Shown: one piece after another, positions 1 to 10,100 of the stretch
Layout of the letters: each line of letters starts with the position of its first letter
Numbering within the stretch: position 1 is the stretch's first letter
Origin: Polymyxa betae A26-41
Taxonomy: Eukaryota; Protista; Endomyxa: Phytomyxea
Direction of reading: 5' to 3'
DNA length: 42,379 nucleotides
NCBI GenBank assembly: GCA_003693705.1
Contig: RBZT01000700.1
Location: 1-42,379 of the forward strand
The notes under the pieces: generated by a model
The model's database searches: none
What the model was told of the DNA's origin: nothing
Seen by the model: only the letters and a program-made list of their open reading frames with translations
Translations under genes and position numbers: made by a program

Positions 1-720
1 GGCAATACTAACCCCGTGGATGTTGGTCTGCGGAGAGTGGAAAAATTGCGTGCGAGAGAGAAGTTGCGGTTCGGAGAGTAGGCATCAACAAAGGTCCATT
101 TTAGCTCAGTTGCTATCTGAAAAAGTACCAAAAATGACGCGGGAGTTCAATTCGCCCAAAGGTATATTTATTTTAGGCAGCTTTGGACAAGCCCCAGTGA
201 AAAAAATACAAAATGCGTGACAGAGAGTACAAATCTGCGTATGAGTTTCTCCAATCCCTAACCCTTTTTAGGGGTAGCTGTATATGAATTTATTGTTTCG
301 GTGTTGATTCAAACCCATCCGCTGATTTCAAGGTTTAGCCGCAAGTCCGGCATTCAAACGAGTTATCTTAGGAGAAATGCCGTGTGTGGGATTGTTCCGC
401 ATCGAATAGGCGAGAGCAGATAGAGCATCTTATCTACGAAGCTGTCGGTTGAGGATCTCGGTGACGATCTTCAGCCATCTAAGTTAGCTGGCCGGTCTGC
501 CTCTCCCTGAGGTGGGTTTCCAACCATCCAATGCGTTATTGGTCTTCAAACCTCCATAACAAACCCTAACTGTCAATAATTGTTAGAAAATTTCCAGCCT
601 CTCATTTTCTTCACACATTTTTGTTCAGTATTTTTATTCAAAACATTCTCATTTCGCTTTCTTCCGAAATTCCCTCTGTCTCTCCATTGATTTGACACGG
701 TCTGTCATTAGTATTGCAGT

Positions 721-1827
721 GTGCCAAAAAGCTACGAACACGAGATGGTTCTGGGAACCCAGTGGCCTTTGAAGATTGCTCAAGTAGTACCCATCTTGTA
801 CTCTGTGCAAAGTAGCGACGAACGCGAGAAGAAGGCTCAGAAGATTGCTCAAATGATATCCATCTTGTCCCCTAACGATGATTCCCAGAAAAACAGGACT
901 TCAGAAAAGATGCTGGTTCTGGTGTTCCCAAAACTATTCGAGCATGCAAAATTTCTAATCTCGCTGGCTTTGCAATATGAGTGCTACTTCTTCCGTACCG
1001 ACAGCCAAAATTTCTTTTTATGCTGCCTGGTGATGGATGGCCAGTATTACCTGCTCGGACTGTACTGTATGAATGAAATGGATGCTGCTTTCAACTCCCA
1101 ATTCATCAAGTTCGTTTTTCAGCACTTGAAAGATCGTTTCCAATATATGCTAATTGGGACCTGTGGTGGAGCCCGACCTGGTGACGATATCGGATCAGCA
1201 CATTTTATCACTTCAGCTGTGAAATACGATAGAGGAGTGATTGTGTCTGGAGGAGCATTCCAATTAAGAGGCAAATGTCCACTGATACAGACTGTGTCGC
1301 CTGATATCCCCGCAGGCGACACAACGTATTCAGGGAACTTTCTCTGTAAGGATTTGACAATAATTCCGAACGCTGATGTTCGGTTTTTGGATATGGAGAC
1401 ATTCGATTTTTTCAGCATTGGCATCGGAATGCAGCAAAGAGTTTTGGGAGCCATTCGTGTTGTTTCAGATAAACCTGGACAAAATTACAATGAAGCAACA
1501 CGTGCGGCTGTTGATTTCGACCAATGTGTTAGACAGTTCATCACGAAATTGAAACACTCGATCGATATCCACGGTTATCCGGTTGATTTCGAATCATTCA
1601 AGAATGATGTGACGGCGCAATTTCAAAAGTTTTTTTATGGTTTCGCCAAATGGCAGGAGTCGATAAACTATGCGTGGAGAGATTACATGCAAGCGAATTT
1701 TATTCCAAATTTGGTGGATGAAGCGCAGCGGAAAACTGGCGGCAACGGTGTCTTCGTGTCACTTGCACAGGTGCTTAAGGAAAAGATGAAAAACCGTCCT
1801 TTCTGCGAGAAAACCCGTAACAAGTGA
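721..1827 (+). CDS. Protein with C-terminal nucleoside phosphorylase (MTA/SAH nucleosidase-like, PNP_UDP_1) domain; N-terminal half unrecognised; 5' end uncertain
   Basis: Motifs LIGTCGG..GD, AVKYDRG, SGNF, FLDMET and AIRVVSD occur in the order expected for MTAN-type phosphorylases. The first ATG is at 745, and an acceptor-like ttgcag ends at 719, so upstream exons are possible. Confidence 0.7.
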   Translation: MPKSYEHEMVLGTQWPLKIAQVVPILYSVQSSDEREKKAQKIAQMISILSPNDDSQKNRTSEKMLVLVFPKLFEHAKFLISLALQYECYFFRTDSQNFFLCCLVMDGQYYLLGLYCMNEMDAAFNSQFIKFVFQHLKDRFQYMLIGTCGGARPGDDIGSAHFITSAVKYDRGVIVSGGAFQLRGKCPLIQTVSPDIPAGDTTYSGNFLCKDLTIIPNADVRFLDMETFDFFSIGIGMQQRVLGAIRVVSDKPGQNYNEATRAAVDFDQCVRQFITKLKHSIDIHGYPVDFESFKNDVTAQFQKFFYGFAKWQESINYAWRDYMQANFIPNLVDEAQRKTGGNGVFVSLAQVLKEKMKNRPFCEKTRNK

Positions 1828-2273
1828 TAAACGTTGTTCATCCTGCAGCAGACTATATTCTTATATCATATATTTTGTTCAGTAATTCCAAGATTCAATT
1901 GAATGTGATTCAGTTGAATGTCGGAAAGAACGATGACAATGCCTAATCCTGGCAGCTGCTAGGATTTCAATACAGTATATTTTGTTATGGATTTAGTCGA
2001 CCTTGACTGGGAGCAAAACATTCAAATAACAATTGAAGATGTCTTGTAAGTTTGGAATTGTAATCTTCTTTGAATAAGCTGCAGGAGCGCTATAACGAAT
2101 TCCAACCGATAATGAAGGATATGCAAAAAGTTAGGGTTTGCTGATGGAATTTCATGTCATTAATGGACACGGCTGCGCCACCGAATCAGACGTCATGAAT
2201 CGATCGAGTCCGTGAACAATATCGAACGACATCCTTCTCCGATTTCTTCATAACAGAAATCGCTGGTCCCATC

Positions 2274-3227
2274 ATGCCCTTCCAACCAATCACGGAGGAC
2301 GTCCAATATCCATCCGGTTTCACAGCCGATGACCAGAGCCTGCTCCTGGATGTCGCGAGGCTGTCGGCGCTCGCCTATCAAGAAGGCACTAATCTCACGA
2401 ACTTGTGGAACAGCGCTCTATCAGACAGTTCGCGCCCCTATCACGACCTTCTTAATCGCATCCGAACGTTGAAAATCATCGAGCAGCGTGAAGAGGGCCT
2501 GCAGGCGTTCTCCTGCGAGTATAAACCGCACGGATATCCGGACAATGTGCTGGCGATCGTGGTCCGCGGCACCTCGGACATCATCGACGCTCTCACCGAT
2601 ATCAAGATCCGAAAGATCGATTTCGGGTCGAACTCGAACGGCGAATTGCAGGAAGGAGTCCGCGTACACCGCGGCTTTCATGACCAATATGAGAGCCTGG
2701 TCACGCAGTTCGGAAATGTGATCACCGATTACCTGAAGAAGGGAGGCGTCGTACTGTTCTCCGGGCACAGCATGGGCGCAGCCATCGCCACCCTTCTCGC
2801 TATGAATTACGGCTCGTTCAAGGGGACCGGGAAGGTCTGGCTGACGGTGTTCGGATCTCCGGCCGTCGGTAACGTAAAGTTCGCGGAGCGATGCGAACAG
2901 GTCGTGGACCTGCTGTGGCGCGTTAAGAACGGCCGTGACCCGGTCTGTATGGTGCCGTCGGAGTTTTTCGGTTACAGACACGCCGGGAAGGAGATTCATC
3001 TCGGAGATGAAGATCCGCTCCCGCACTTCGCGTTCCTCTGGGATATCGCCGATCACGCTTTCAACAAGTACGTCGAGAATCTCGCTCAGAACGGAACGAT
3101 GCCGTCGTTCACACCCGCCCATGTTATGGAGAAGATTCAAAGCTCTATGGCTGGGCTGAGCATGGCTGCTCAGCAGGCTGCTCAGAAGGCTGCTGAGCAG
3201 GTTAAGCAGAAGAAGGTCGCTTCTTAA
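2274..3227 (+). CDS. Class 3 lipase (alpha/beta hydrolase), intronless, no obvious signal peptide
   Basis: VVRGT, VHRGF, GHSMG nucleophile elbow, VFGSPAVGN, RVKNGRDPVCMVP (catalytic Asp), GYRHAG and ADH (catalytic His). Confidence 0.93.
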   Translation: MPFQPITEDVQYPSGFTADDQSLLLDVARLSALAYQEGTNLTNLWNSALSDSSRPYHDLLNRIRTLKIIEQREEGLQAFSCEYKPHGYPDNVLAIVVRGTSDIIDALTDIKIRKIDFGSNSNGELQEGVRVHRGFHDQYESLVTQFGNVITDYLKKGGVVLFSGHSMGAAIATLLAMNYGSFKGTGKVWLTVFGSPAVGNVKFAERCEQVVDLLWRVKNGRDPVCMVPSEFFGYRHAGKEIHLGDEDPLPHFAFLWDIADHAFNKYVENLAQNGTMPSFTPAHVMEKIQSSMAGLSMAAQQAAQKAAEQVKQKKVAS

Positions 3228-3340
3228 TAAAAGCAATTGAAGCTTCGTGATAATATCATAAAGAGTTTGCTTGAAAAGATAAATTTTAATATATTGGTTA
3301 AGAAGATTCGCTGCGGACTACTATATGATCGACTTGACGG

Positions 3341-3768
3341 ATGCGAGCAAACACACGCATGATTGCCGTCATTGTTAATCTCCTGCGATGTCTCGTCAAC
3401 CTGTTCGCGGAGCGAGGCGAGCATCGCCATCTGCAGCCCGAACCTCAGCTCATCCGAGATCTGAATCTCTATCATGGCGCTCACAATCCGGATCTGTATA
3501 TGACAGGGAGATCGGCATCCTCCGGCCTCGACCTTCCATTCGGAGCTCACCTTCAGCGTACGAACTCCGTCTTTCGGCTTCAGCAGCCGATCTTCTACCA
3601 TCCGGAATGCAACATCATCATTTCGGCGTCCGCCATCATCCTACAGAGCTCCGCCCAGAAGCTCTGACCTCAGGACTTCAGCTCTACAGAGACAACTCTG
3701 CACTTGGAGCGAAGATCGAGGCCATCCATCACTCTGTTAGATTACACCAAGTTCTCATACAGATCTAA
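3341..3768 (+). pseudogene. Possible small frameshifted gene of unknown function
   Basis: Two overlapping ORFs (3341-3667 and 3388-3768). The start of one and the end of the other weakly resemble the ORF at 28021-28236. Confidence 0.25.
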
Positions 3769-3868
3769 CTAATAGGCTTCATATCCATCAGACCAATATC
3801 ACGGATTCGTACAATAACGCATCAAACAATGGAAAGTAACAATTTGCACATTTTCATAGTTCAACATA

Positions 3869-4321
3869 TTGTTACATTGTATCACTAAAACCAGCGAATT
3901 TTACAGAGAATGTCGAAAGCGAAATGGAGCTGCATGCTGGTGTCATGATACAAAGGATCCATTTCAATTAGATCTCTATACAGATCTTGATTGGAGTATG
4001 ACTGTTGATTATCAATTTAATGAGGAACTTTGTCAGTATGATACAACATCATCATACAGATCATCATCTCATATAGTTACTCCTATCAATATCAATCAGA
4101 TATCTACCAATGACAATCCATCACAGCAATCAGGTATTTATAGGCTTCTTCTGTTCCCAATATTTTCCTTCCTCAAATATCCTTCTAATAGTTCACATAG
4201 AGTCCTGCATCACGACATGTCCATCTTTGATCAGATCAAAATGTCCAAGATATCCAGGATAAGAGGAGGACGCAGTTCGAGATCGTCTCGACGTAGCAGA
4301 CGTCAACGGAAACGCAAATGA
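3869..4321 (+). CDS. Hypothetical protein with Cys/His N-terminal cluster and Arg/Ser-rich basic tail
   Basis: 150-codon open frame in AT-rich DNA ending SKISRIRGGRSSRSSRRSRRQRKRK. The start is uncertain (TTG). Confidence 0.3.
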   Translation: MLHCITKTSEFYRECRKRNGAACWCHDTKDPFQLDLYTDLDWSMTVDYQFNEELCQYDTTSSYRSSSHIVTPININQISTNDNPSQQSGIYRLLLFPIFSFLKYPSNSSHRVLHHDMSIFDQIKMSKISRIRGGRSSRSSRRSRRQRKRK

Positions 4322-4555
4322 GATTGAATTCAATCAGATGATTGATTGGCTCAAGTGGAAACTTGCCAGGATTATTCAGTAGATACAGAACTTATTCAAT
4401 GTTCGATTTCAAGCCCAACAGGGGATGGGATTTGTGAGAATTAAAGGGGTTTGGGGTCATGGGTTGGAGTCCCTGTTGGATTGGGAGGGTTGCCTTCTAG
4501 AGGCTCTCACATGGTCCTGCTGATAGGGACCAGTCGCGCAGCCTTTGACTCTGTG

Positions 4556-4708
4556 GGCGCGGCCTGTCGAGTTGCAATGGCGCGGCCCCGCGAGTTGCAA
4601 TGGCGCGGCCTTGCTCTTTCAGAATCTTGCAATGCCGAGGCGCTATCGACCTTGCGATAAGGAAGCAGCGTCGCCTATCGACCTTGCGATAAGGAAGCAG
4701 CGTCGCCT
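4556..4708. repeat. GC-rich tandem repeats (23-bp unit x2.4, then 32-bp unit x2)
   Basis: ggcgcggcc at 4556, 4579 and 4602; ctatcgaccttgcgataaggaagcagcgtcgc at 4643 and 4675. Confidence 0.9.
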
Positions 4709-5488
4709 GAGAACAAAGATCAACGAACTAGACGGCATAAGCACATGACCACTGCAAACCCCCAATCTGCTTCTGCCATTTGACACGACATTCAGGTTGT
4801 TATCAGAAACATCTCTGTCTGTCAATGGTGATCAATGTTCTTTTAGAACCAGCTTCATATCTGCTAGAATCTCGCACAGATTCGAACCTTCCATCGTCAT
4901 CATCTGGATGTAGGGTTTGGATGCTGGAACTCGACCTGGCGCCCTGATAGGCTTTGTTACAGAATCCAGCAAGTAATTGTCACTTGAAGCAATTAAATGT
5001 TACAGAAAATATCTTTGTCTCTTTAAAACGCACAGAATAATGTATTGTATTTATCCGTTTCCTTGAATCGACCAGCTGTCTGCTGCCGCCGACAGAGTCC
5101 ATAACGACGAAGATCTATTCAATTAAGTTCTCATAAATGGGTAAAATTAAAACTCTAAAAACGGAAGGAGCTCCTGAAAATCATTAAAAAAAGGTGAAAA
5201 GCCTACCTCAGACCTTGTGATACTGCTCCGTTCGTTGAAATCAGCAAACTTGTTTAATCCAATCCAATCCCATTACGCGGCGATTATCAGATCGAAGGCC
5301 GTTCCGGATTTCATTAACAAGACCGTCGTGCCCGTATTGGCGAATATCGATCTTAATCGGAGCCTCAGATCGCGAGTTCATGGCCACTCAGGATACTGAC
5401 GGCGACGGCAACAGTGCCGCAGCTAAGCGGAATAAGAGCCATAATTGCGGAAGGACCAACAAGAAGTTCCGTCACTCAAAAAGTCCAC

Positions 5489-5770
5489 ATTCTTGAGTTA
5501 TGCAAAAATATCCGTGAAAGACCCATTACCGGTATTATGTGATATCTGCAGGTGTCGCGCATCTTCTTTCAGTACGGCTGTGCTCTGCGACTTCTTACGC
5601 ACTATCTGCACTTTAATAGGGGTTTTAGGGTCCAATTCTTGAGTTTTGCAAACCTATCAAGACGCACAATTGTTTTGATATCAGAAAATGTCGAGCAACT
5701 TCTTCAATACCTACTGTAGTCAATACTGCTGTGTTCTGTGACTTTTACGCACTTATCTACACTTTCATAG
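5489..5770. repeat. Degenerate tandem duplication (~146-151 bp period)
   Basis: attcttgagttWtgcaaa at 5489 and 5635; gctgtgYtctgYgactt..acgcact..cactttMatag at 5577-5619 and 5728-5770. Confidence 0.8.
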
Positions 5771-5777
5771 CAGAATC

Positions 5778-6848
5778 ATGACCGCCAGCCGGCCGCTCAC
5801 GTTCCCATTCAGATTGTCGCCGGATATTCGGGCCGATCCCGATCACCGACGATTCCTGAAACGCGCTGCCCAGTGGAACGCTTCGGAAGCGCTCTATGTG
5901 GTTGCCGAGGAGCTCGGCTGCTGCTTCTATTACGCCGACATTGCGCGAGCCGCTCTGGTCGCCGGCCATTTCGAATTCTGGATGCAATATCTGCTGTTAT
6001 GTCGCTTCCATTGCATTGCTATCAACGATTCTTTTGAATCGTGGCCCTATTTTTTAGAGCCTGTTCGTATTCTATTCTATCCGGATCTCGACGATCGCGC
6101 TCGTTTCGAGGCGCTGAAATTCATTATAGAGATTTTCGTACCGAACCTACCTAAAAGAGGCGAGATTTTTCCGAACACTCTACAAACGAGGCGATTGCTG
6201 CCCGATCCGAATACGATCTGGACCAGGGACGAGATCGTCATTGATCTTCAAAACCTCCCCGTTCGTTTGGATTTCGTAGATTCGGCGCTGATGCCCGGAT
6301 CCGAGTCAATTTTGCGATATTTTCTTGAAGAAATCGCTGTCTGCACCAATCTGAATCATCTGAAGCGCGTCGTCTGTAGATTTCGACCCGATTTATACAA
6401 GTTGGATTTGGATCATCTCTCTCCGGACGTTTTACAGCATGCATTGCCGACAGCTTGTCAATATCGTACTCCGTCGAATGATTCAAATTTCCTGATACAG
6501 ATAACGGATGCAGCCTGGTGCTATCATTATCGCGCCAGCCTGAAAGACGTCGCTGATTTCCTGCAATATAATCCGGAATATATCAGTAAACTTCCCGCTG
6601 CTTTGAAGTTCTTTCAAGATGTGTGTGACGGTACTGCTGACCTCAGCGAATGTCATGTGTGGTTACGGGAGCTGCTCGAAGACGAGCAATCCCTCGAAAC
6701 GGATCGCCCAGAAATCGAAACTATCAGCTCGGTGGCTCGAAAGGTATCAGAACAGCTCTGTCGAATTTTCCATGTCTCAAATGAGACAGCTATCTTAGAT
6801 CTTAAGGATTGTCCTTATGAAATTGTCAGTTGGGAAGAGAGTATATAA
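5778..6848 (+). CDS. Hypothetical 356-aa Leu-rich, probably helical protein
   Basis: Long uninterrupted ATG-to-TAA ORF with protein-like composition; no family recognised. Confidence 0.7.
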   Translation: MTASRPLTFPFRLSPDIRADPDHRRFLKRAAQWNASEALYVVAEELGCCFYYADIARAALVAGHFEFWMQYLLLCRFHCIAINDSFESWPYFLEPVRILFYPDLDDRARFEALKFIIEIFVPNLPKRGEIFPNTLQTRRLLPDPNTIWTRDEIVIDLQNLPVRLDFVDSALMPGSESILRYFLEEIAVCTNLNHLKRVVCRFRPDLYKLDLDHLSPDVLQHALPTACQYRTPSNDSNFLIQITDAAWCYHYRASLKDVADFLQYNPEYISKLPAALKFFQDVCDGTADLSECHVWLRELLEDEQSLETDRPEIETISSVARKVSEQLCRIFHVSNETAILDLKDCPYEIVSWEESI

Positions 6849-7122
6849 ATGGACACCATATTATACACAGATTTTCCACATTTGGTGCAACCTAGTCTAT
6901 CATAATGTCAGCTGGCTAGATCTCATACGAACAAATGATGATATCAATCCATATAGTGGCATCGATGTCCCAAAATCAGCAGGGCTTTTACAACTGCCAT
7001 TACTCCGAAAACAAAGCTCAGGAAAGGAGCAGTGTCACGCAAAGGTTAAGGATAAACCCGATCGGGACGCTTTTGATAAAACGTTATGTGTAGAAAACAC
7101 ATTTGTGAGTTTAACGAGTATG

Positions 7123-10100
7123 TTATGAGGCGGAGATAGTTGCGAATAATTTCTCGGCGGTTGTGATTTGCAGATCGATGCCAAGATCATCACGGAAAGC
7201 ATCTCGGACGTTTTCGGATTGGGCAGAACCAGTAACGAGAATCAAACGCGAAGATTCGGTGGAAAACAACGGAGCCACGTATTTGCTCAAAGCATCATGT
7301 AGATCATTTACCGAAACAAGTTGAATCTGAAAAAAGAAGCCATACTTTAATGGGGACGAATGACAATTATTTCACAAAAACCCGATTGTCAAGCCTTGGA
7401 TGAAAGATCACATTAAAGCGAAAGGACGGCGAAATAACAAGAGAAACGGGGCGCAGATTGCAAACAGAAGACAAAATGAGAGGGAATCTGCGTACCTGTT
7501 CTAATAAACATTTCTGGTAGTCGTCACCGACGCCACGAAGAGTATTGTCTAGGTGTTGATGAGCGGCCGAAACGTGATTGTCACATTGCCTATGAATGTT
7601 GCACTCAGAACAAAAACAGAATATCTCAGAATAAGCAACACTTCGGAAATGTTCGGAAAAAGTCAAATCGAAAAAGTGAAAACAATCCTCACGAGATAAT
7701 GGAGAATGAGAGTGACGAACGTGCAGCTTCAACTGAGGCCGAGGTGAACGCTTCTGATCCACCGCTCAAAAGTTCCTCAACGACAGCACGGGCTTCAGCA
7801 TACGCGGCGGCCGGATTTGTAGCACGATGGACGCTGCACGAGACCAGCCCGGATTCGAAGTCCGCCGACATACCGTAGCTGTAACTAAGCCCGGCACCGC
7901 GGATTCGCTTCCAGAGCGGGCCTTCGGTCGCGGTCAGATACTCGAGTACCAAACGGACCGCGGGCACAACCGTACTGGACCACGAAGTCGGGACCAGCTT
8001 CGCTGTGAGACGTTCAGGAGATCTTGGCAGAAACGCTGCAGCATGACGTACCGGTGCGAGTTAGATAGGCTGAGTCGAGACCAGCGACAGTAACATATAG
8101 ATGAGCAGGGACAGACGTTGACTTTTGAAACTATTAATAAGCAGAAAAAAAGTGAAAAACTTTCAGGAAAGGCTTTACAAAATAAAGGATAAGATACAGC
8201 TTCCAAACGACAGACAATAAATGAAGGCTGAAACAATTGAGAGCCATGCAGTAGGGAACTATGTTCAGTTAACAGCATACCAGTTCTGTATACTTGCTAA
8301 CGAATGGGAAGGGATCCTCGGTCTTTTCAATTTTTGCATCTAAATCATCGAGGCATATAATCAGCAACGGCAGAAAAAAATCCTACAACTAAGCCCAGCA
8401 TACCTTGAAAAGCGGCACGTATTGGACCTGTAACATCGGTGTATTGCGAGCTATCGAGAATAACTTGGAAGGCCGGAGTCTGGGCCAGCACCTCTTGCAC
8501 GCGATGCAGAGCGGGAATGACTTCGGATAGGTCGGGCTTTTCCAGGATCTCCGACAGAAACGATTCCTGTGGCGATATAGATTTGGATAAATGATCAGGG
8601 CAACAGCAGAGAGCAGACCTGGCGAAATGGAGAAAGTATGACATGATTGCAGGAAGATGAATAGACAGAGAGGTGAGAGGCAGCGCCCAACACTCGATCG
8701 CCTTTCCGCTTCAGTGCCGCAATCGAGCTGTGCGTTAAGAGTAAGAAATTGCAGAGACGGTAATCAAACAGGTGAAGAAAAGCAAAAGAGCTTGAACAGA
8801 TACATTTTGGGATACTTCGCAAATAAACTTAGTTTTGTTAAATCTAACAAACAATAGCTTATTGAACAAAGAAAGAGCGGAATCGTCAACCGTTGGAGCA
8901 TGAAATGAAAAAACAATACACGTATTCGAATGAACGTACTTGTAAAGACGATTGCAGACCGAGCGTATACGGTCTTCGGTGAAAACGACACCGGTTAGGA
9001 CTGCAGCAAGCGATCAGAGGCCATAATACAAATTCTGAGCATTTACAAGTCCGCATCCAGTTGAGACAATCGACATAACGCTCTGCAGGCATTTTCAGTG
9101 AGATCTGGAACAGTTGCGGGAACGATCCACACGAGAAGCATGCTGCATACATATGAGAGTGAAAACTAAGCGCCGAACAAAACAGGGGGAGCAAGCCCAA
9201 CTAGAAAAACGAAAGTAAAGTCCAACCGAACATAAAGAAGATTGATGACTGAAAAATCAACCGATTCGGCAACAAGCCCCAGAAAACAATTGCAATGAGA
9301 AGAGGGAAAAAAAGGAGCGTATGTCGCATCAACATGAGAAAACAAATGGACAAAACCGCAAAAAAGGGAACTGATGACTGAGAAAATGCAAAAAATGCCG
9401 AAAATCATTGATTGGAAAAAACGATGCAATCAACAGATGTGATGATTAACGGACATGAGCGAGTTCCAGTGTGGGAAGACCAAGATACCGCAGATCTATC
9501 AAGTTCAGCGATTACCTCGCTATACGATAGTTCCTGTCCAGTCTATGATTCAAAACTCGATCAGAAGGCAGATAAATTGCGAGGCGGAAACGAATACCGG
9601 ATAGAGACGAACGTTGCTCTCGAACATAAGCTCGGCATATAAATCCAAGTATGGCCGCAGATCCACAGGCAGAGCATCGGTGTTACAGACCGCACGGACT
9701 TCGACGAATCGTGTCGGGATACTGTCGATCTGCACTGAGAACGGAAACTGGAACAGCGTGACGGTCCTGAGAGGGCGCGTGACGGATCGGTCCAGGTTGG
9801 TAACCGACTCAATATCGATCATGGAGATCTGGAAAACTGCTCAGTTAAGAGGCGGAGCAGTATGATCGGGTCATGGTTACATCGCCGAGATTCGGGACCC
9901 GAAATGATTCTATGAGAGAGGCCGGCGCCGGGACGTTATTGGCTTGTTCGGCACGCTGCAGCGCCAGGCCGCATGATACCAGAGCATCTGGGCCAAGAGC
10001 TGCAATCTGTGCATGAACTCGTTCATTCTCGGATAGCGTCAATTCCGCATCCAGAGCTGAAAACAAGTTCAATGGTAGCAGTACGGCGTTCGAAGAAAGA

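Noticed and set aside
2421-3236. 271-aa antisense ORF
   Set aside because: It is the shadow frame of the GC-rich lipase gene and has no recognisable motifs.
4643-4708. 32-, 34- and 40-bp repeats (also 10792-10895 and 16478-16579) as CRISPR arrays
   Set aside because: The units are contiguous with no unique spacers, no cas genes are present, and the DNA is eukaryotic.
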